The position numbers were made by a program, and so were the translations under genes. The notes beneath the pieces are model-generated. The model saw nothing but the letters and a program-made list of their open reading frames with translations, made no database searches and was not told where the DNA came from. 64,000 nucleotides of DNA from an uncultured Clostridia bacterium (GTDB taxonomy: Bacteria; Bacillota; Clostridia; Christensenellales; UBA1242): the NCBI GenBank assembly GCA_934754475.1, contig CAKVHV010000004.1:13660-77659 (forward strand), given 5' to 3'. Positions 1-9,827 of this stretch are shown here, piece by piece. The stretch's first letter is position 1; each line of letters opens with the position of its first letter.

Positions 1-1
1 T

Positions 2-214
2 GGTAGAACATTGCATCCAGACAACGTAGGCTCAGGTTCGGCTAGTTATGGACTAACAGACACTTTGGGAAGAATGCACGCAGATGCTCAATTTGCTGGT
101 TCGTCTTCCGTTCCTGCTCACGTAGACATGATGGGATATATTGGAATGGGCAACAACCCTATGGTTGGAGCAACAGTTTCTCTTGCTGTTAAGTCTTTTG
201 AAGCACTTAAGTAA
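2..214 (+). CDS. C-terminal fragment of a CDS cut by the window edge; possibly a GGGtGRT-family protein
   Basis: Frame is open from the window edge (first codons G-R-T-L-H-P) to TAA at 212-214. Conserved-looking Gly/Ser/Met-rich tail. Family name recalled from memory only. An intrinsic terminator follows. Confidence 0.45.
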   Translation, partial: GRTLHPDNVGSGSASYGLTDTLGRMHADAQFAGSSSVPAHVDMMGYIGMGNNPMVGATVSLAVKSFEALK

Positions 215-239
215 GATTATGTAAACAATATCTACTATT

Positions 240-273
240 AAGCGAAACCCAGTGGGGTTCGCTTAATTTTTTT
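240..273 (+). terminator. Rho-independent terminator
   Basis: Hairpin aagcgaaaccc / ggggttcgctt followed by a T7 run. Confidence 0.8.
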
Positions 274-398
274 AGTCATTTTAAAAATCATATAAAATAT
301 TTATAGAGTTTTATATAAATGTTTTAATTACATATTTCATTTAGCAAATTTTATTAATAAGTATTGATTTTAATTTGTTTTTGTTATATTATCATAAT

Positions 399-707
399 AT
401 GGATAAGTTGTATAAATTAATAGATGATAAAGGAAAAGAATATTTAAGTAAAGACAAAGGAAAGTATGGCGGATACAACGGAAAAGAAAAAATTTATGGT
501 CGACTAGATTGCAAAAGGGCTAATTCTTGGATTGAAAAGGGCTATTATGTGGACAAAAGGGTATTTTTTGCAAGCGAGTATGATGCCGTCATGGCTGGAT
601 TTAGACCATGTGGTTGTTGTATGAGAGAGCAGTATCTATTGTGGAAAAGTGACCCTATCAAATTTAAAGAAAGCATTATAAATCAAGATAAAGACATAGA
701 AATGTAG
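399..707 (+). CDS. Small Ada-type zinc-binding domain protein (hypothetical)
   Basis: Segment YGRLDCKRANSWIEKGYYVDKRVFFASEYDAVMAGFRPCGCC resembles the Ada N-terminal metal-binding domain pattern (C...ENRVFF...A..AGFRPC..C). The tracked ORF starts at TTG 375; ATG 399 is preferred. Confidence 0.5.
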   Translation: MDKLYKLIDDKGKEYLSKDKGKYGGYNGKEKIYGRLDCKRANSWIEKGYYVDKRVFFASEYDAVMAGFRPCGCCMREQYLLWKSDPIKFKESIINQDKDIEM

Positions 708-720
708 TATTAAATTTATA

Positions 721-768
721 AAAAAGAAGGAACATTGCATTAATTTGCTTTGTTCCTTCTTTTTTTTG
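721..768. terminator. Bidirectional terminator between convergent genes
   Basis: Stem agaaggaaca (724-733) / tgttccttct (751-760), flanked by an A-run and a T8 run. Confidence 0.75.
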
Positions 769-800
769 TTTACATATTAAATTCATACTCAATTAAGAAA

Positions 801-3218
801 TTATACAATCACATTAAATATTTTGCCTGGGACAAAGATTACTTTTTTGATTGTTTCAACATTTTTGAGTGTTTCGATGTTAGTTTTGGCAAGGCTCAAA
901 AGTTCGTCTTGAGTTATATCTTTGGAAACTTTGAGAACACCTTTGAGTTTTCCATTAACTTGAACTGGAATTTCGATTTCGGAAAGTACTAGTTTGCTTT
1001 CGTCAACTTCTGGGAAGGTCTCATTTGCGATGTCCCCACCAAAGACTCTTTCGTAAATTTCGCTTGTGATATGTGGTGCAAGTGGATTTAGACAAATTAG
1101 GAAGTCTTTAAGTTCTTGACGAGTAATATATCCGTCTTCCTTGATAGTTTTGATAAATATCATACAAGCACTAATTGCAGTATTTAATTTTAGATTTTCG
1201 TAGTCTTCGGAGACTTTTTTGATAAGAGTATTAAGTGCATAGGCATGTTTGTCCGAAACACCGCCGTCTCTTACTATATCTTGAAGTTTCCAGACTCTAT
1301 CTAGGAAGTTAACAATTCCGTCAATTCCATTGAATGTCCACATACAATTGTCTTCGTATCCAGCCAAAAATTGAATGTGCATTCTTGTAACATCAGCGCC
1401 ATATTTTTCTACAACAGACAATGCAGACACACCATTCTTGGATGACTTGCTCATCTTTTTGCCTTCGTCATCAAGTATTAGTCCGCTACCCATTTTTCTA
1501 ATAAATGGGTCACGAGATGGAGCAACACCGATTTCATACAAGAAATTTTGCCAGAAGAATGCATACAAAACGTGTCTTGTAATATGTTCTGTGCCACCAG
1601 TATAACAGTCTACACTACCCCAATATTTGAGTTTTTCGGTATCTGCCAAAGCATTTGGATTGTGTGGGTCACAATATCTTAGCCAATACCAAGACGAACC
1701 CGCCCAGTTTGGCATAGTATCTGTTTCACGTCTAGCATCACCGCCACATTTAGGACATTTTGTATGAACAAAACTATCTATTTTAGATAGTGGACTATCC
1801 CCCATTTCATTTGGAAGATAATCGTTTGTTTCGGGAAGAAGAAGTGGCAAATCTTTTTCGTCAAGCGGAACTATTCCACACTTATCGCAAAATACAACTG
1901 GGAAAGGTTCGCCCCAATAACGTTGACGATTGAAAGGCCAATCTTGCATTTTGTAATTGATTTGAACACGACCAAATCCATTTTTGACGATAAGGTCAGT
2001 TATTTGTTTTTTGGCATCAAGGACACTAAGTCCAGTGAATTTATCTGAATTTAACATTTTGGAGTTTTTGGAGATGTATTCGAGTTTTTCTACCGCTTGA
2101 TTTGAAATATCTCCGTCTATTACTTGAATCATAGGAATATTATGCTCTTTTGCAAACTCATAGTCTCTTTGGTCGTGAGCAGGAACAGCCATTACAGCAC
2201 CAGTTCCATAATTTCCAAGTACATAATCTCCTAGATACAATGGCACTCTTTTGTTATTTAGTGGGTTAATTGCATAGAGTCCAACTAGTTTACAGCCGGA
2301 TTTATCTTTGACTTGGCTAATTCTATCAAACTCACTTTTGAGTGCGGTTTTTTCTCTGTATTTCATAACTTCGTCCATATTCTCAATTTTATCTTTGAGA
2401 CTATCCACCAAACTATGTTCTGGGGCAAGGACCACATAGGTTATTCCATAAACAGTTTCAATACAAGTTGTAAAGATTTTAACTTGAGACAACTCAACTC
2501 CATTTTCATCTACAACAGGCATACTAAGTTCGACACCTTCGCTCTTGCCTATCCAGTTGCGTTGTGCTTCTTTGAGATTGTCTGCCATTTGGATATTGTC
2601 GATATTTTTGAGTAGTTTTTCGGAGTACTCTTTCATCTTCAAAAACCAAACATCTCTATCTACTTGAATTACATCGTTTCCGCATCTATCGCACTTTCCG
2701 CCTTGGCTATCTTCGTTTGAAAGAACTGTCTTACAAGTTTTGCAAAAGTTTACATGACCTTTTTGTTTGTATGCCTTGTCGTTTTTGAGTAATTGCAAAA
2801 ATATCCATTGAGTCCATTTGTAATAATCTGGGTCACTTGTACAAAAAGTTCTTGTCCAGTCAAACGAAAGTCCCAATTTTTTGAAACTATCTAGTATCTT
2901 TTTCATTCCGTCTTGAACGAATTGCTTTGGGTTTGTGCCATATTTAATAGCAGCATTCTCGGCAGGCAAGCCAAAACTATCTCCACCAATTGGGAACAAT
3001 ACATTGTAGCCTTTGAATCTTTTGTATCTAGCAAGTGCATCGGACGGAACAGTGCCTTTTAGGTGTCCCATATGCAAAGTTCCGCTTGTGTTTGGAAATT
3101 CATATAGCATATAATACTTTGGCTTAGTTGGGTGAAAATCCACCGCTCTAAAGTTTGGTTCGTTTTCCCATCTATCTTGCCATTTCTTTTCTACTTCTCT
3201 AAAATTATATTCTGACAT
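801..3218 (-). CDS. leuS: Leucine--tRNA ligase
   Basis: 805 aa. Class I HIGH-type motif (TLHMGHLKG) and KMSKS (KMSKSSKNG); full-length bacterial LeuRS architecture with the CP1 editing insertion. Confidence 0.97.
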   Translation of the reverse strand: MSEYNFREVEKKWQDRWENEPNFRAVDFHPTKPKYYMLYEFPNTSGTLHMGHLKGTVPSDALARYKRFKGYNVLFPIGGDSFGLPAENAAIKYGTNPKQFVQDGMKKILDSFKKLGLSFDWTRTFCTSDPDYYKWTQWIFLQLLKNDKAYKQKGHVNFCKTCKTVLSNEDSQGGKCDRCGNDVIQVDRDVWFLKMKEYSEKLLKNIDNIQMADNLKEAQRNWIGKSEGVELSMPVVDENGVELSQVKIFTTCIETVYGITYVVLAPEHSLVDSLKDKIENMDEVMKYREKTALKSEFDRISQVKDKSGCKLVGLYAINPLNNKRVPLYLGDYVLGNYGTGAVMAVPAHDQRDYEFAKEHNIPMIQVIDGDISNQAVEKLEYISKNSKMLNSDKFTGLSVLDAKKQITDLIVKNGFGRVQINYKMQDWPFNRQRYWGEPFPVVFCDKCGIVPLDEKDLPLLLPETNDYLPNEMGDSPLSKIDSFVHTKCPKCGGDARRETDTMPNWAGSSWYWLRYCDPHNPNALADTEKLKYWGSVDCYTGGTEHITRHVLYAFFWQNFLYEIGVAPSRDPFIRKMGSGLILDDEGKKMSKSSKNGVSALSVVEKYGADVTRMHIQFLAGYEDNCMWTFNGIDGIVNFLDRVWKLQDIVRDGGVSDKHAYALNTLIKKVSEDYENLKLNTAISACMIFIKTIKEDGYITRQELKDFLICLNPLAPHITSEIYERVFGGDIANETFPEVDESKLVLSEIEIPVQVNGKLKGVLKVSKDITQDELLSLAKTNIETLKNVETIKKVIFVPGKIFNVIV

Positions 3219-3321
3219 AAAAAAATATCCTTCAATAAAAAATTCAAGGATATTTTAGCATATTATTAATATAATTTCAAGCAATGTTAATTATTTAAAC
3301 AAAGTTAATTTGACAAAACTA

Positions 3322-4869
3322 TTAACATTCAAGTTTATTAAACTTTTTTTTGCCATTCGTAAATAGTAGCACTATAGCCAAAACAGCAAGTACTCCATAT
3401 ATAGATAGTGTTATGTAGAAAGTTATAGCCAAACTTAAATTACAAAGATTTAAAATAACTGGAATTATAACTAAGAATAGTCCCAAAAACATAGTTACAA
3501 TCAAACTAAGGCTTTGTTTGACAACTTGGGCTTCTGTCTCCCAATTGAGTTTTGGAAGAAGCAAATTTATATACGTTCCGCCAAAAGACAGAATAACACA
3601 AAGTAAATTAGGCAGTGTCAAAATCATAATCCATTCAAGCACCCCAGCCTTCAAAGACAAGCACACAACTATACTAGTTAGAATTTCAACCGGGAAGAAA
3701 ATAATCATATTAATTAGGCTTTTTGAAAGCAAAATAGTATTTGTATTAGCGGGAGTGCTTCGCAAAATCCAAAGATATTTTCCTTCCAAAGAAATCATTA
3801 CGCAACTAATAAGTGTCATTGATGACATGAAAAGATATATAAGTGTTAAAATTGCAAACATAGTAGTTTTGTCAAGCATAAATATATCATAAAAACTCAT
3901 GCCTTTGATAGCAACATAAACGGAGAGAATTACAAGCATAATTGGACCAATAACTGTGTTTATCATAAGAATTGGAGTTGTAAAATATTTTTTGATTTCC
4001 TTAGACAAAAGTCCATTAAATTTGCTTGGACTGGAAAACTTAACTTGTGAGCCTTTGTCTTTGTAAGACAAAAATGTCTTGCCAAAAATAAGCGAATACA
4101 AACAAACACCAAGTGCAAAAATTCCGAATATCATAAGGCTTAGATAGACTAGACAAAGCAAGTTGTTTTCTGTCATAAGCCTAACACACCAACCGATAAA
4201 GAAATTCTTGTTTAAAAAGGCATCAATTGTAGTAAAGTCTTGCAAACCCATATTTGCAGAATTGTATACATATATTGCAACAAATCCGCCAAATAGAATT
4301 AATGCAAATACAGTTTTGATAACATTAGAATATTTGAATCTATTGAATAGTCGCACTATCAAAAAATTGAGAATATAATTAATTCCAACACCCAAAAGTG
4401 GCATCGTTATAAGCAAGAATATTCCCCAAAGAATTACACTTGCCGAAGCACCAAAATAAACAGAGTAAAGCACAAGAGTTGGAATTACTATCATGCTATC
4501 TAGCACTAAATTAAATAGATACTTTGAGAGTGTTTTGGCAATAACTATGTCAACCTTTTTGATTGGCATCGAAAGAAGCAAATCACTATCATTAGTCTTA
4601 GACTTTTCACTTATGCTTTGAAATGCCAAAACTAGCACAAGCAAGACCAAAACTTGAACCGAATTAAACAAAGGAATTTGTTTGAGTCCAATTTCAGACA
4701 TCACTTGAAACAAGCCTTTAATCTGCAAAGCAAAAACTGCACAAATCCCGACATAAACCAAGGCACAGATTGAAATTATTAGTCCAACCTTTTTTCTTGC
4801 ACGTTTTCCTTGCAAAGCACCAAGCATACAATTAAAACTATTTTTAAGAAGTATACCTAAATTTTTCAT
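3322..4869 (-). CDS. ABC exporter permease (polytopic, about 12 TM)
   Basis: 515 aa, almost entirely hydrophobic helices. Start overlaps the stop of the upstream ABC ATPase gene (4866-4869). Confidence 0.7.
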   Translation of the reverse strand: MKNLGILLKNSFNCMLGALQGKRARKKVGLIISICALVYVGICAVFALQIKGLFQVMSEIGLKQIPLFNSVQVLVLLVLVLAFQSISEKSKTNDSDLLLSMPIKKVDIVIAKTLSKYLFNLVLDSMIVIPTLVLYSVYFGASASVILWGIFLLITMPLLGVGINYILNFLIVRLFNRFKYSNVIKTVFALILFGGFVAIYVYNSANMGLQDFTTIDAFLNKNFFIGWCVRLMTENNLLCLVYLSLMIFGIFALGVCLYSLIFGKTFLSYKDKGSQVKFSSPSKFNGLLSKEIKKYFTTPILMINTVIGPIMLVILSVYVAIKGMSFYDIFMLDKTTMFAILTLIYLFMSSMTLISCVMISLEGKYLWILRSTPANTNTILLSKSLINMIIFFPVEILTSIVVCLSLKAGVLEWIMILTLPNLLCVILSFGGTYINLLLPKLNWETEAQVVKQSLSLIVTMFLGLFLVIIPVILNLCNLSLAITFYITLSIYGVLAVLAIVLLFTNGKKKFNKLEC

Positions 4870-5573
4870 TGTGCGACTCCTAGGAATACTTCTTCCAAAC
4901 TCTTGTCTTTTTTGATTTCAGACATAGTTCCGCACTTAACAATTTTTCCGTCCATAATAATTGCAACTTTGTTACAAAGTTTTTCGGCGACTTCCAAAAC
5001 GTGTGTCGAAAAGAATATTGCCCCGCCATTCTTACAAAATTCTTTCATAATTTCTTTGACTTCAAAACTAGCCTTTGGGTCAAGTCCAACAAATGGCTCA
5101 TCAAGAATTAGTAATTTTGGTTCGTGAATTAGACTTGCAATAATTACAAGTTTTTGACGCATACCATGTGAATAATTGCTAATTGGTGTAGTTAAATCTT
5201 TTTCTAGCCCCAATATTTCGCTATATTTTTTGGTTCTTACAATTCTATCTTGTTTGGATACTCTAAATATATCTGCAATTAGATTTATGTATTGAATACC
5301 AGTTAGATTGTTATAAATATCCGGATTATCCGGGATATATGCTATCATTGACTTGACTTTCATAGAATCGGACTTAACGGACACTCCGTCAACCAAAATA
5401 TCTCCCGAAGTAATTTCGTTAATTCCAACTATGCTTTTGATAGTAGTTGTTTTCCCCGCCCCATTAGGACCAATAAACGCAAATAAATCCCCACTTTCAA
5501 CATTTAAATTGATATCACTTGCTCCAACCTTTCCATTTGGATATACTTTTGAAAAATTTTTAATTTCTAACAT
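4866..5573 (-). CDS. ABC transporter ATP-binding protein
   Basis: Walker A GPNGAGKTT, signature-like YSHGMRQK, Walker B LLILDEP, H-loop STHV. Confidence 0.92.
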   Translation of the reverse strand: MLEIKNFSKVYPNGKVGASDINLNVESGDLFAFIGPNGAGKTTTIKSIVGINEITSGDILVDGVSVKSDSMKVKSMIAYIPDNPDIYNNLTGIQYINLIADIFRVSKQDRIVRTKKYSEILGLEKDLTTPISNYSHGMRQKLVIIASLIHEPKLLILDEPFVGLDPKASFEVKEIMKEFCKNGGAIFFSTHVLEVAEKLCNKVAIIMDGKIVKCGTMSEIKKDKSLEEVFLGVAQ

Positions 5574-5779
5574 TATTTTTGGTCTCCTACTTTGAATATT
5601 TCTTCGGCAAATTTGATATAATCATCATATTTGGCTATTGCCAAGCCTTTGGATTTGTCACCTAGTAACAAAAGTGTATCTCCGTCTTTGATTCCAAATA
5701 CATCACGTGCTTCCTTTGGAATTACTATTTGACCTTTGCTTGTGACTTTTGTAGTCCACAAAAATTTATCTTTTTCCAA
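5573..5779 (-). CDS. AbrB/MazE/SpoVT-type DNA-binding protein
   Basis: 68 aa. KVTSKGQIVIPKEARDVFGIKDGDTLLLL matches the swapped-hairpin SpoVT/AbrB domain pattern. One-base overlap with the ABC ATPase start. Confidence 0.75.
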   Translation of the reverse strand: MEKDKFLWTTKVTSKGQIVIPKEARDVFGIKDGDTLLLLGDKSKGLAIAKYDDYIKFAEEIFKVGDQK

Positions 5780-5813
5780 ATTTAAAATCTCCTTTTAATT
5801 ATATATGTATTTC

Positions 5814-5840
5814 GTCTTACTTTTCTTACATTTCTTACTT
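5814..5840 (-). promoter_or_regulatory. Three 9-bp-phased direct repeats (plus-strand TCTTAC, minus-strand GTAAGA); candidate operator
   Basis: TCTTAC at 5814, 5823 and 5832. The array lies immediately downstream of the -10 box of the operon promoter. Confidence 0.4.
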
Positions 5841-5869
5841 AATTTTAAAACTATTTTTAAATATTGTCA
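5841..5869 (-). promoter_or_regulatory. Sigma-70-type promoter of the abrB-like/ABC operon
   Basis: On the minus strand: TTGACA (5864-5869), 17-nt spacer, TAAAAT (5841-5846). Confidence 0.65.
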
Positions 5870-6023
5870 ATTGAAATAACAAAAAAGATATTTCGTTTTG
5901 AGCAAATTATTTAGTTTGCTTTTAATTGAAATATCTTTTTTGATAACATTAAATTTTTAATCTTAAGCCCATAAATTATGATTTAAACTCACAATTTATT
6001 TAACACATTTTTTAAATCTTATT

Positions 6024-6359
6024 TTAACGCAAAATTTCGGACTCAAAGTATTGTTCTTGAAATTCGGTTAATGCTCTAATTTGGTCGTCAGTATAATTTC
6101 TTCCGTCTTTCATAACAACTAATTTGTCGTCATCATCATTGGTTCGATGAATAATTGCTATAACCTTGCCTGTAAATTCGTCAAGTGGTTTGTGTTCACC
6201 CAAAACATAAGCATCAAGTTCTTCGCCATCACCCGAAATCGTGCCCGGGATATATCCATAATTTACAGGATATACAAATCCATGCTTTGGATGTACACTT
6301 CCAAGTTTTCTATCCATTTTGACGTTAACAATTTTTCCTAGATATTCTAAATTATTCAT
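6024..6359 (-). CDS. Short family-I inorganic pyrophosphatase-like protein
   Basis: 111 aa. YPVNYGYIPGTISGDGEELDAYVL matches the PPase Y-P-x-N-Y-G-x-I-P...D-G-D-x-x-D-x-x-V-L core. Shorter than canonical Ppa. Confidence 0.6.
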   Translation of the reverse strand: MNNLEYLGKIVNVKMDRKLGSVHPKHGFVYPVNYGYIPGTISGDGEELDAYVLGEHKPLDEFTGKVIAIIHRTNDDDDKLVVMKDGRNYTDDQIRALTEFQEQYFESEILR

Positions 6360-6368
6360 AAATTATCC

Positions 6369-7298
6369 TTATGCTTTGTTTGCACTCATAAATACATTTT
6401 TTAGTTTGTGGTCAACAACAGATTTAACTAATTTCATGCCTTCTTCGTTATATTTTCTAAGGTCGATTGTATCTGGATTTTCGCTTAGATATTTTCTAAT
6501 TCCGGCAGTGAAACTTATTCTTAAATCGCTATCTGTATTAACTTTGCAGACAGCCATGCTACAAGCTTTCTTAAGTAATTCATCAGGAACACCCTTGGCA
6601 TTGTCTAATTTTGCACCATATTCAATTGCAAGTTTGACCATATCTTGTGGAATTGAACTAGCACCATGCAAAACAATTGGGAAGTTTGGAAGAAGTTTGG
6701 AGACTTCTTCTAAGATATCAAATCTGAGATGTGGCTCGCCTTTGAATTTAACTGGGCCATGGCTTGTTCCAATTGCAATAGCTAGACTATCTACATTTGT
6801 TGCCTTGACAAATTCGTATGCTTCGGTAGGATTTGTATACTTAGCATCTTCGTCACTAGCACTTATTTCGTCTTCAACACCCGCAAGAACTCCAATCTCT
6901 GCTTCGACTGTTACATTTCTTGCATGTGCATACTCAACTACTCTTTTTGTAAGTGCGATATTTTCTTCCTTTGGCAAACTTGAAGCATCTATCATAACAT
7001 TTGTAAATCCAGCATCAATTGCATTTTTGCAATCTTCAAAAGTCTTGCCATGGTCAAGATTAAGACAAACTGGAACAGTCATATCTTTGACATAATCTTT
7101 GGCAATATCCGCAAGAACCTTTGCTCCTGCATACTTGATAGCACCTGTTGAGCATTGAATAATAACTGGACTTTTGTTTTCTTCGGCTGACGAAAGAATT
7201 GCTTTGAGCATTTCGATATTAACAAAGTTAAAAGCCCCCACGCCATAATTTCCAACTAAGGCATTATGTAAAATTTCTTTTGAATTTTGTAATTCCAT
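6369..7298 (-). CDS. fba: Class II fructose-1,6-bisphosphate aldolase
   Basis: 309 aa. Typical class II motifs (LNLDHG, SLAIAIGTSHG, VLHGASS). Confidence 0.92.
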   Translation of the reverse strand: MELQNSKEILHNALVGNYGVGAFNFVNIEMLKAILSSAEENKSPVIIQCSTGAIKYAGAKVLADIAKDYVKDMTVPVCLNLDHGKTFEDCKNAIDAGFTNVMIDASSLPKEENIALTKRVVEYAHARNVTVEAEIGVLAGVEDEISASDEDAKYTNPTEAYEFVKATNVDSLAIAIGTSHGPVKFKGEPHLRFDILEEVSKLLPNFPIVLHGASSIPQDMVKLAIEYGAKLDNAKGVPDELLKKACSMAVCKVNTDSDLRISFTAGIRKYLSENPDTIDLRKYNEEGMKLVKSVVDHKLKNVFMSANKA

Positions 7299-7507
7299 AA
7301 AAATCTCCTTAAAATCAAATTCGATTACTTTATATTTTATAACAAAATTCTTTTTCTCCCAACAAAAATGAATATTTGATTGAAATTTTTTGTATAAATT
7401 ATAGAGTGGCTTTGTTTTTTATTTGTTTTTTTTTGGAAATTAAGATAGAATATATATGTAAAAGAATAAATAAAACCAAATGTAAAAAAATAATTTAAGG
7501 TGAAAAA

Positions 7508-8401
7508 ATGAAAATAGCGTTTTTAATTCCAGTATTAGATGAAATTAATATTGAAAAAACTTATAATAGAATAAACGAAGCTTGTGATATAGAACACGAT
7601 GTATTTTTTGCAATTAATGGCAAATTAAATAGTTTCTTTACTCAAGTTAGAACAACCTTTCTTAGCGATTCGTCCGTCAAAGCCTTTATGGTTGATAGAC
7701 CGGTTAATGAACACAAACTAATTACACTTGGAATGGAACTAACCGAAGATTATGATGCTACAATTATATATTCCGGCAAGGAACTTCCTAATGTTGATGT
7801 AATCAAAGCCTTCATAGCTAGTTGGAAGGCTGGCAACAAAATTGTATATCTTAAAAAAGAATATTCGGGATTTAAAAAACTTGGTGTTAATATTAAACGT
7901 GGTTTTTACAAAATGGGTGTTTCTATGCTTGGAATATTTAAAGATAGATGTGCCGAAACAGATATTCAGTTGCTTGATAACGATGTAGTCAAGACAATTA
8001 ATCAATTGCCACAAAAAAATAGACAACTAAGAGTTCTTGATAGTTTTGTAGGCTATCCTACTGATGTAATTCAACTTGAAATTGATAGCAAGATGAAAGA
8101 AAACAAAAACTACGACGAAAAAATCAAAGCATACAAGGTTTGTGGAATTATATCTTTGATTAGTTTGATACTAGCAATTGCGCTTATTGGACTTGGAATT
8201 GTGGGTGCGGTTATGCGTTGGGAAATCCCTGCACTTTTGTATGTAACATTCTTTGTGGTTGGAATATTTGGACTAATATTATCATTTGTGTTCGCCATTA
8301 AGAAAACGTTGCATTATAGGGTCGGTCAAGTATTTGAAGTTGCCGAACTCAAAGATTTAAGCAACAAACTAGAAAAATACAACATTTCAAACAAAAATTA
8401 A
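7508..8401 (+). CDS. GtrB-like (GT2 fold, two C-terminal TM helices) protein with degenerate catalytic motifs
   Basis: Overall layout and several blocks resemble polyprenyl-phosphate glycosyltransferases. The DDGS and DxD positions read AINGK and YSGKE. Two C-terminal TM helices. Confidence 0.35.
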   Translation: MKIAFLIPVLDEINIEKTYNRINEACDIEHDVFFAINGKLNSFFTQVRTTFLSDSSVKAFMVDRPVNEHKLITLGMELTEDYDATIIYSGKELPNVDVIKAFIASWKAGNKIVYLKKEYSGFKKLGVNIKRGFYKMGVSMLGIFKDRCAETDIQLLDNDVVKTINQLPQKNRQLRVLDSFVGYPTDVIQLEIDSKMKENKNYDEKIKAYKVCGIISLISLILAIALIGLGIVGAVMRWEIPALLYVTFFVVGIFGLILSFVFAIKKTLHYRVGQVFEVAELKDLSNKLEKYNISNKN

Positions 8402-8424
8402 CCCAAAAAAAGTATCTAATTTTG

Positions 8425-9621
8425 TTAGATACTTTTTTCATTTTTTTCGTCTCTTTTGTTAATCTTATAAAACTTGAACATATTATATAGCATTTGAGAA
8501 TATTCATCGCCATATTGTTCGGCTTCAAGTGGATATCTAAATCTTTTGCCCGACGGACTAAACACAAATGAATTATTATAAAAATCTCTTTTTAGTTTTA
8601 GGTCAAGCAATTCTTTTTTGGAAGCCAAAGTTTCCCCTAGTGCCGAAAGGCTCTTTTCAAAATACTTAAGTTCATCGTCTACAAACAATTCTTCGTCAAC
8701 TTGATTTGAAATAAATTCATAATCTCTGTGAGTGTAAGCATTTTCGTCTGTTAGTTTTGGCTTGAAAAACTGTCTGACACTAATTCGTGCAAGTCTTTCG
8801 ATTGGACAGAAATAATATAGCATAAAATCGGCATAGTTGCTAAAATCAGTAATTGTATAAATTTCTTCGCCGATATGTGCTGGAAAAATAGGTGTAATGA
8901 AATTTTTTGCACGCAAAATGTCGTTGCACAACTTATTGCTAATATGTTCATCCTTTCCAGTCTTGTAATTATGCAAATTCCCCATAATTTTCATATCCAT
9001 TATGGCTTTAATACAAGACTTAGATGCTTTCCACGTTTCAACCTTTTCATCAGAAATTCCATGATAAGTTGTAAGTAGATTTGGAATAATATCATTTTCT
9101 ATTCTATAAAAATCTTTGACATGAGTAAACTCGTGATAAAGAATTTTTAGAAGTTCCAGTCCCGGAGCATTAGTAAGTTTATCCAAATTAACAAAAACCC
9201 TATTTGAGTCAGGAAGGAATGAGCCTAAAATATTTTGGCTATGAAGTCTAGCATCATTTGAAATCATCAAAAGTTTTGGTTTGCAAGGCTCATCGCCAAA
9301 AAAGTAGTCGGTATACATATTAATGATTTTTATTTTGTCTTCTAACTTTGCCAAATCCCAAACGCCACTTAAGAAGCAATTAGAAATATCTTCTAGTTTT
9401 GGAGAAAAGAACTCAACCTTATCTCCCATGCCTTTTTTGAGAATTAACTTTCCGTCATTGCTATTTAAAATATGCTCAAGTAGTTGGTCATTGACTGATG
9501 TATAAGATAGTTTGTCTTTGACTGGCAGATGTTCAATAAAATAACTATAATTTTTGAGAGTTTTGGGAACAATCATTCGTGACAAAGTAAGTTTAGACAA
9601 AGAATAGTTAGTTTCACTCAT
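8425..9621 (-). CDS. Hypothetical protein with HExxH zinc-metallopeptidase motif
   Basis: 398-aa uninterrupted ORF. Single HExxH (LYHEFTHV). No signal peptide or TM helix seen. Confidence 0.6.
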   Translation of the reverse strand: MSETNYSLSKLTLSRMIVPKTLKNYSYFIEHLPVKDKLSYTSVNDQLLEHILNSNDGKLILKKGMGDKVEFFSPKLEDISNCFLSGVWDLAKLEDKIKIINMYTDYFFGDEPCKPKLLMISNDARLHSQNILGSFLPDSNRVFVNLDKLTNAPGLELLKILYHEFTHVKDFYRIENDIIPNLLTTYHGISDEKVETWKASKSCIKAIMDMKIMGNLHNYKTGKDEHISNKLCNDILRAKNFITPIFPAHIGEEIYTITDFSNYADFMLYYFCPIERLARISVRQFFKPKLTDENAYTHRDYEFISNQVDEELFVDDELKYFEKSLSALGETLASKKELLDLKLKRDFYNNSFVFSPSGKRFRYPLEAEQYGDEYSQMLYNMFKFYKINKRDEKNEKSI

Positions 9622-9827
9622 GATTATATCCCCCTTTTTAGATTTTCTTTAGTTTAGCACAGACAAATCAGTAATTCAATAAAAAATATCAAATTAATGC
9701 TATTTTTTGAAAATATTATAATAAAATACACTAAGTTTGGGGCAGTTTTAAAAAAAAAATCAATAAAATTGTATCAAACTTACAAAATTGAAACATAATT
9801 TTTTATGAGTTTATTTAAGGAGAAATT

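Noticed and set aside
3221-3321. Possible T-box or other leader upstream of leuS
   Set aside because: Only about 100 nt are available and no T-box sequence or specifier structure is present. The 8-bp hairpin at 3225-3253 plus U-run is most simply the terminator of the upstream ABC operon. Its 3-prime arm does contain the leuS SD, so a translational effect cannot be excluded.
6319-7095. 258-aa plus-strand ORF
   Set aside because: It lies entirely antisense to the well-supported fba gene. The product is Ser/Leu/Thr-rich low-complexity sequence typical of the reverse frame of an AT-rich gene, and there is no RBS.
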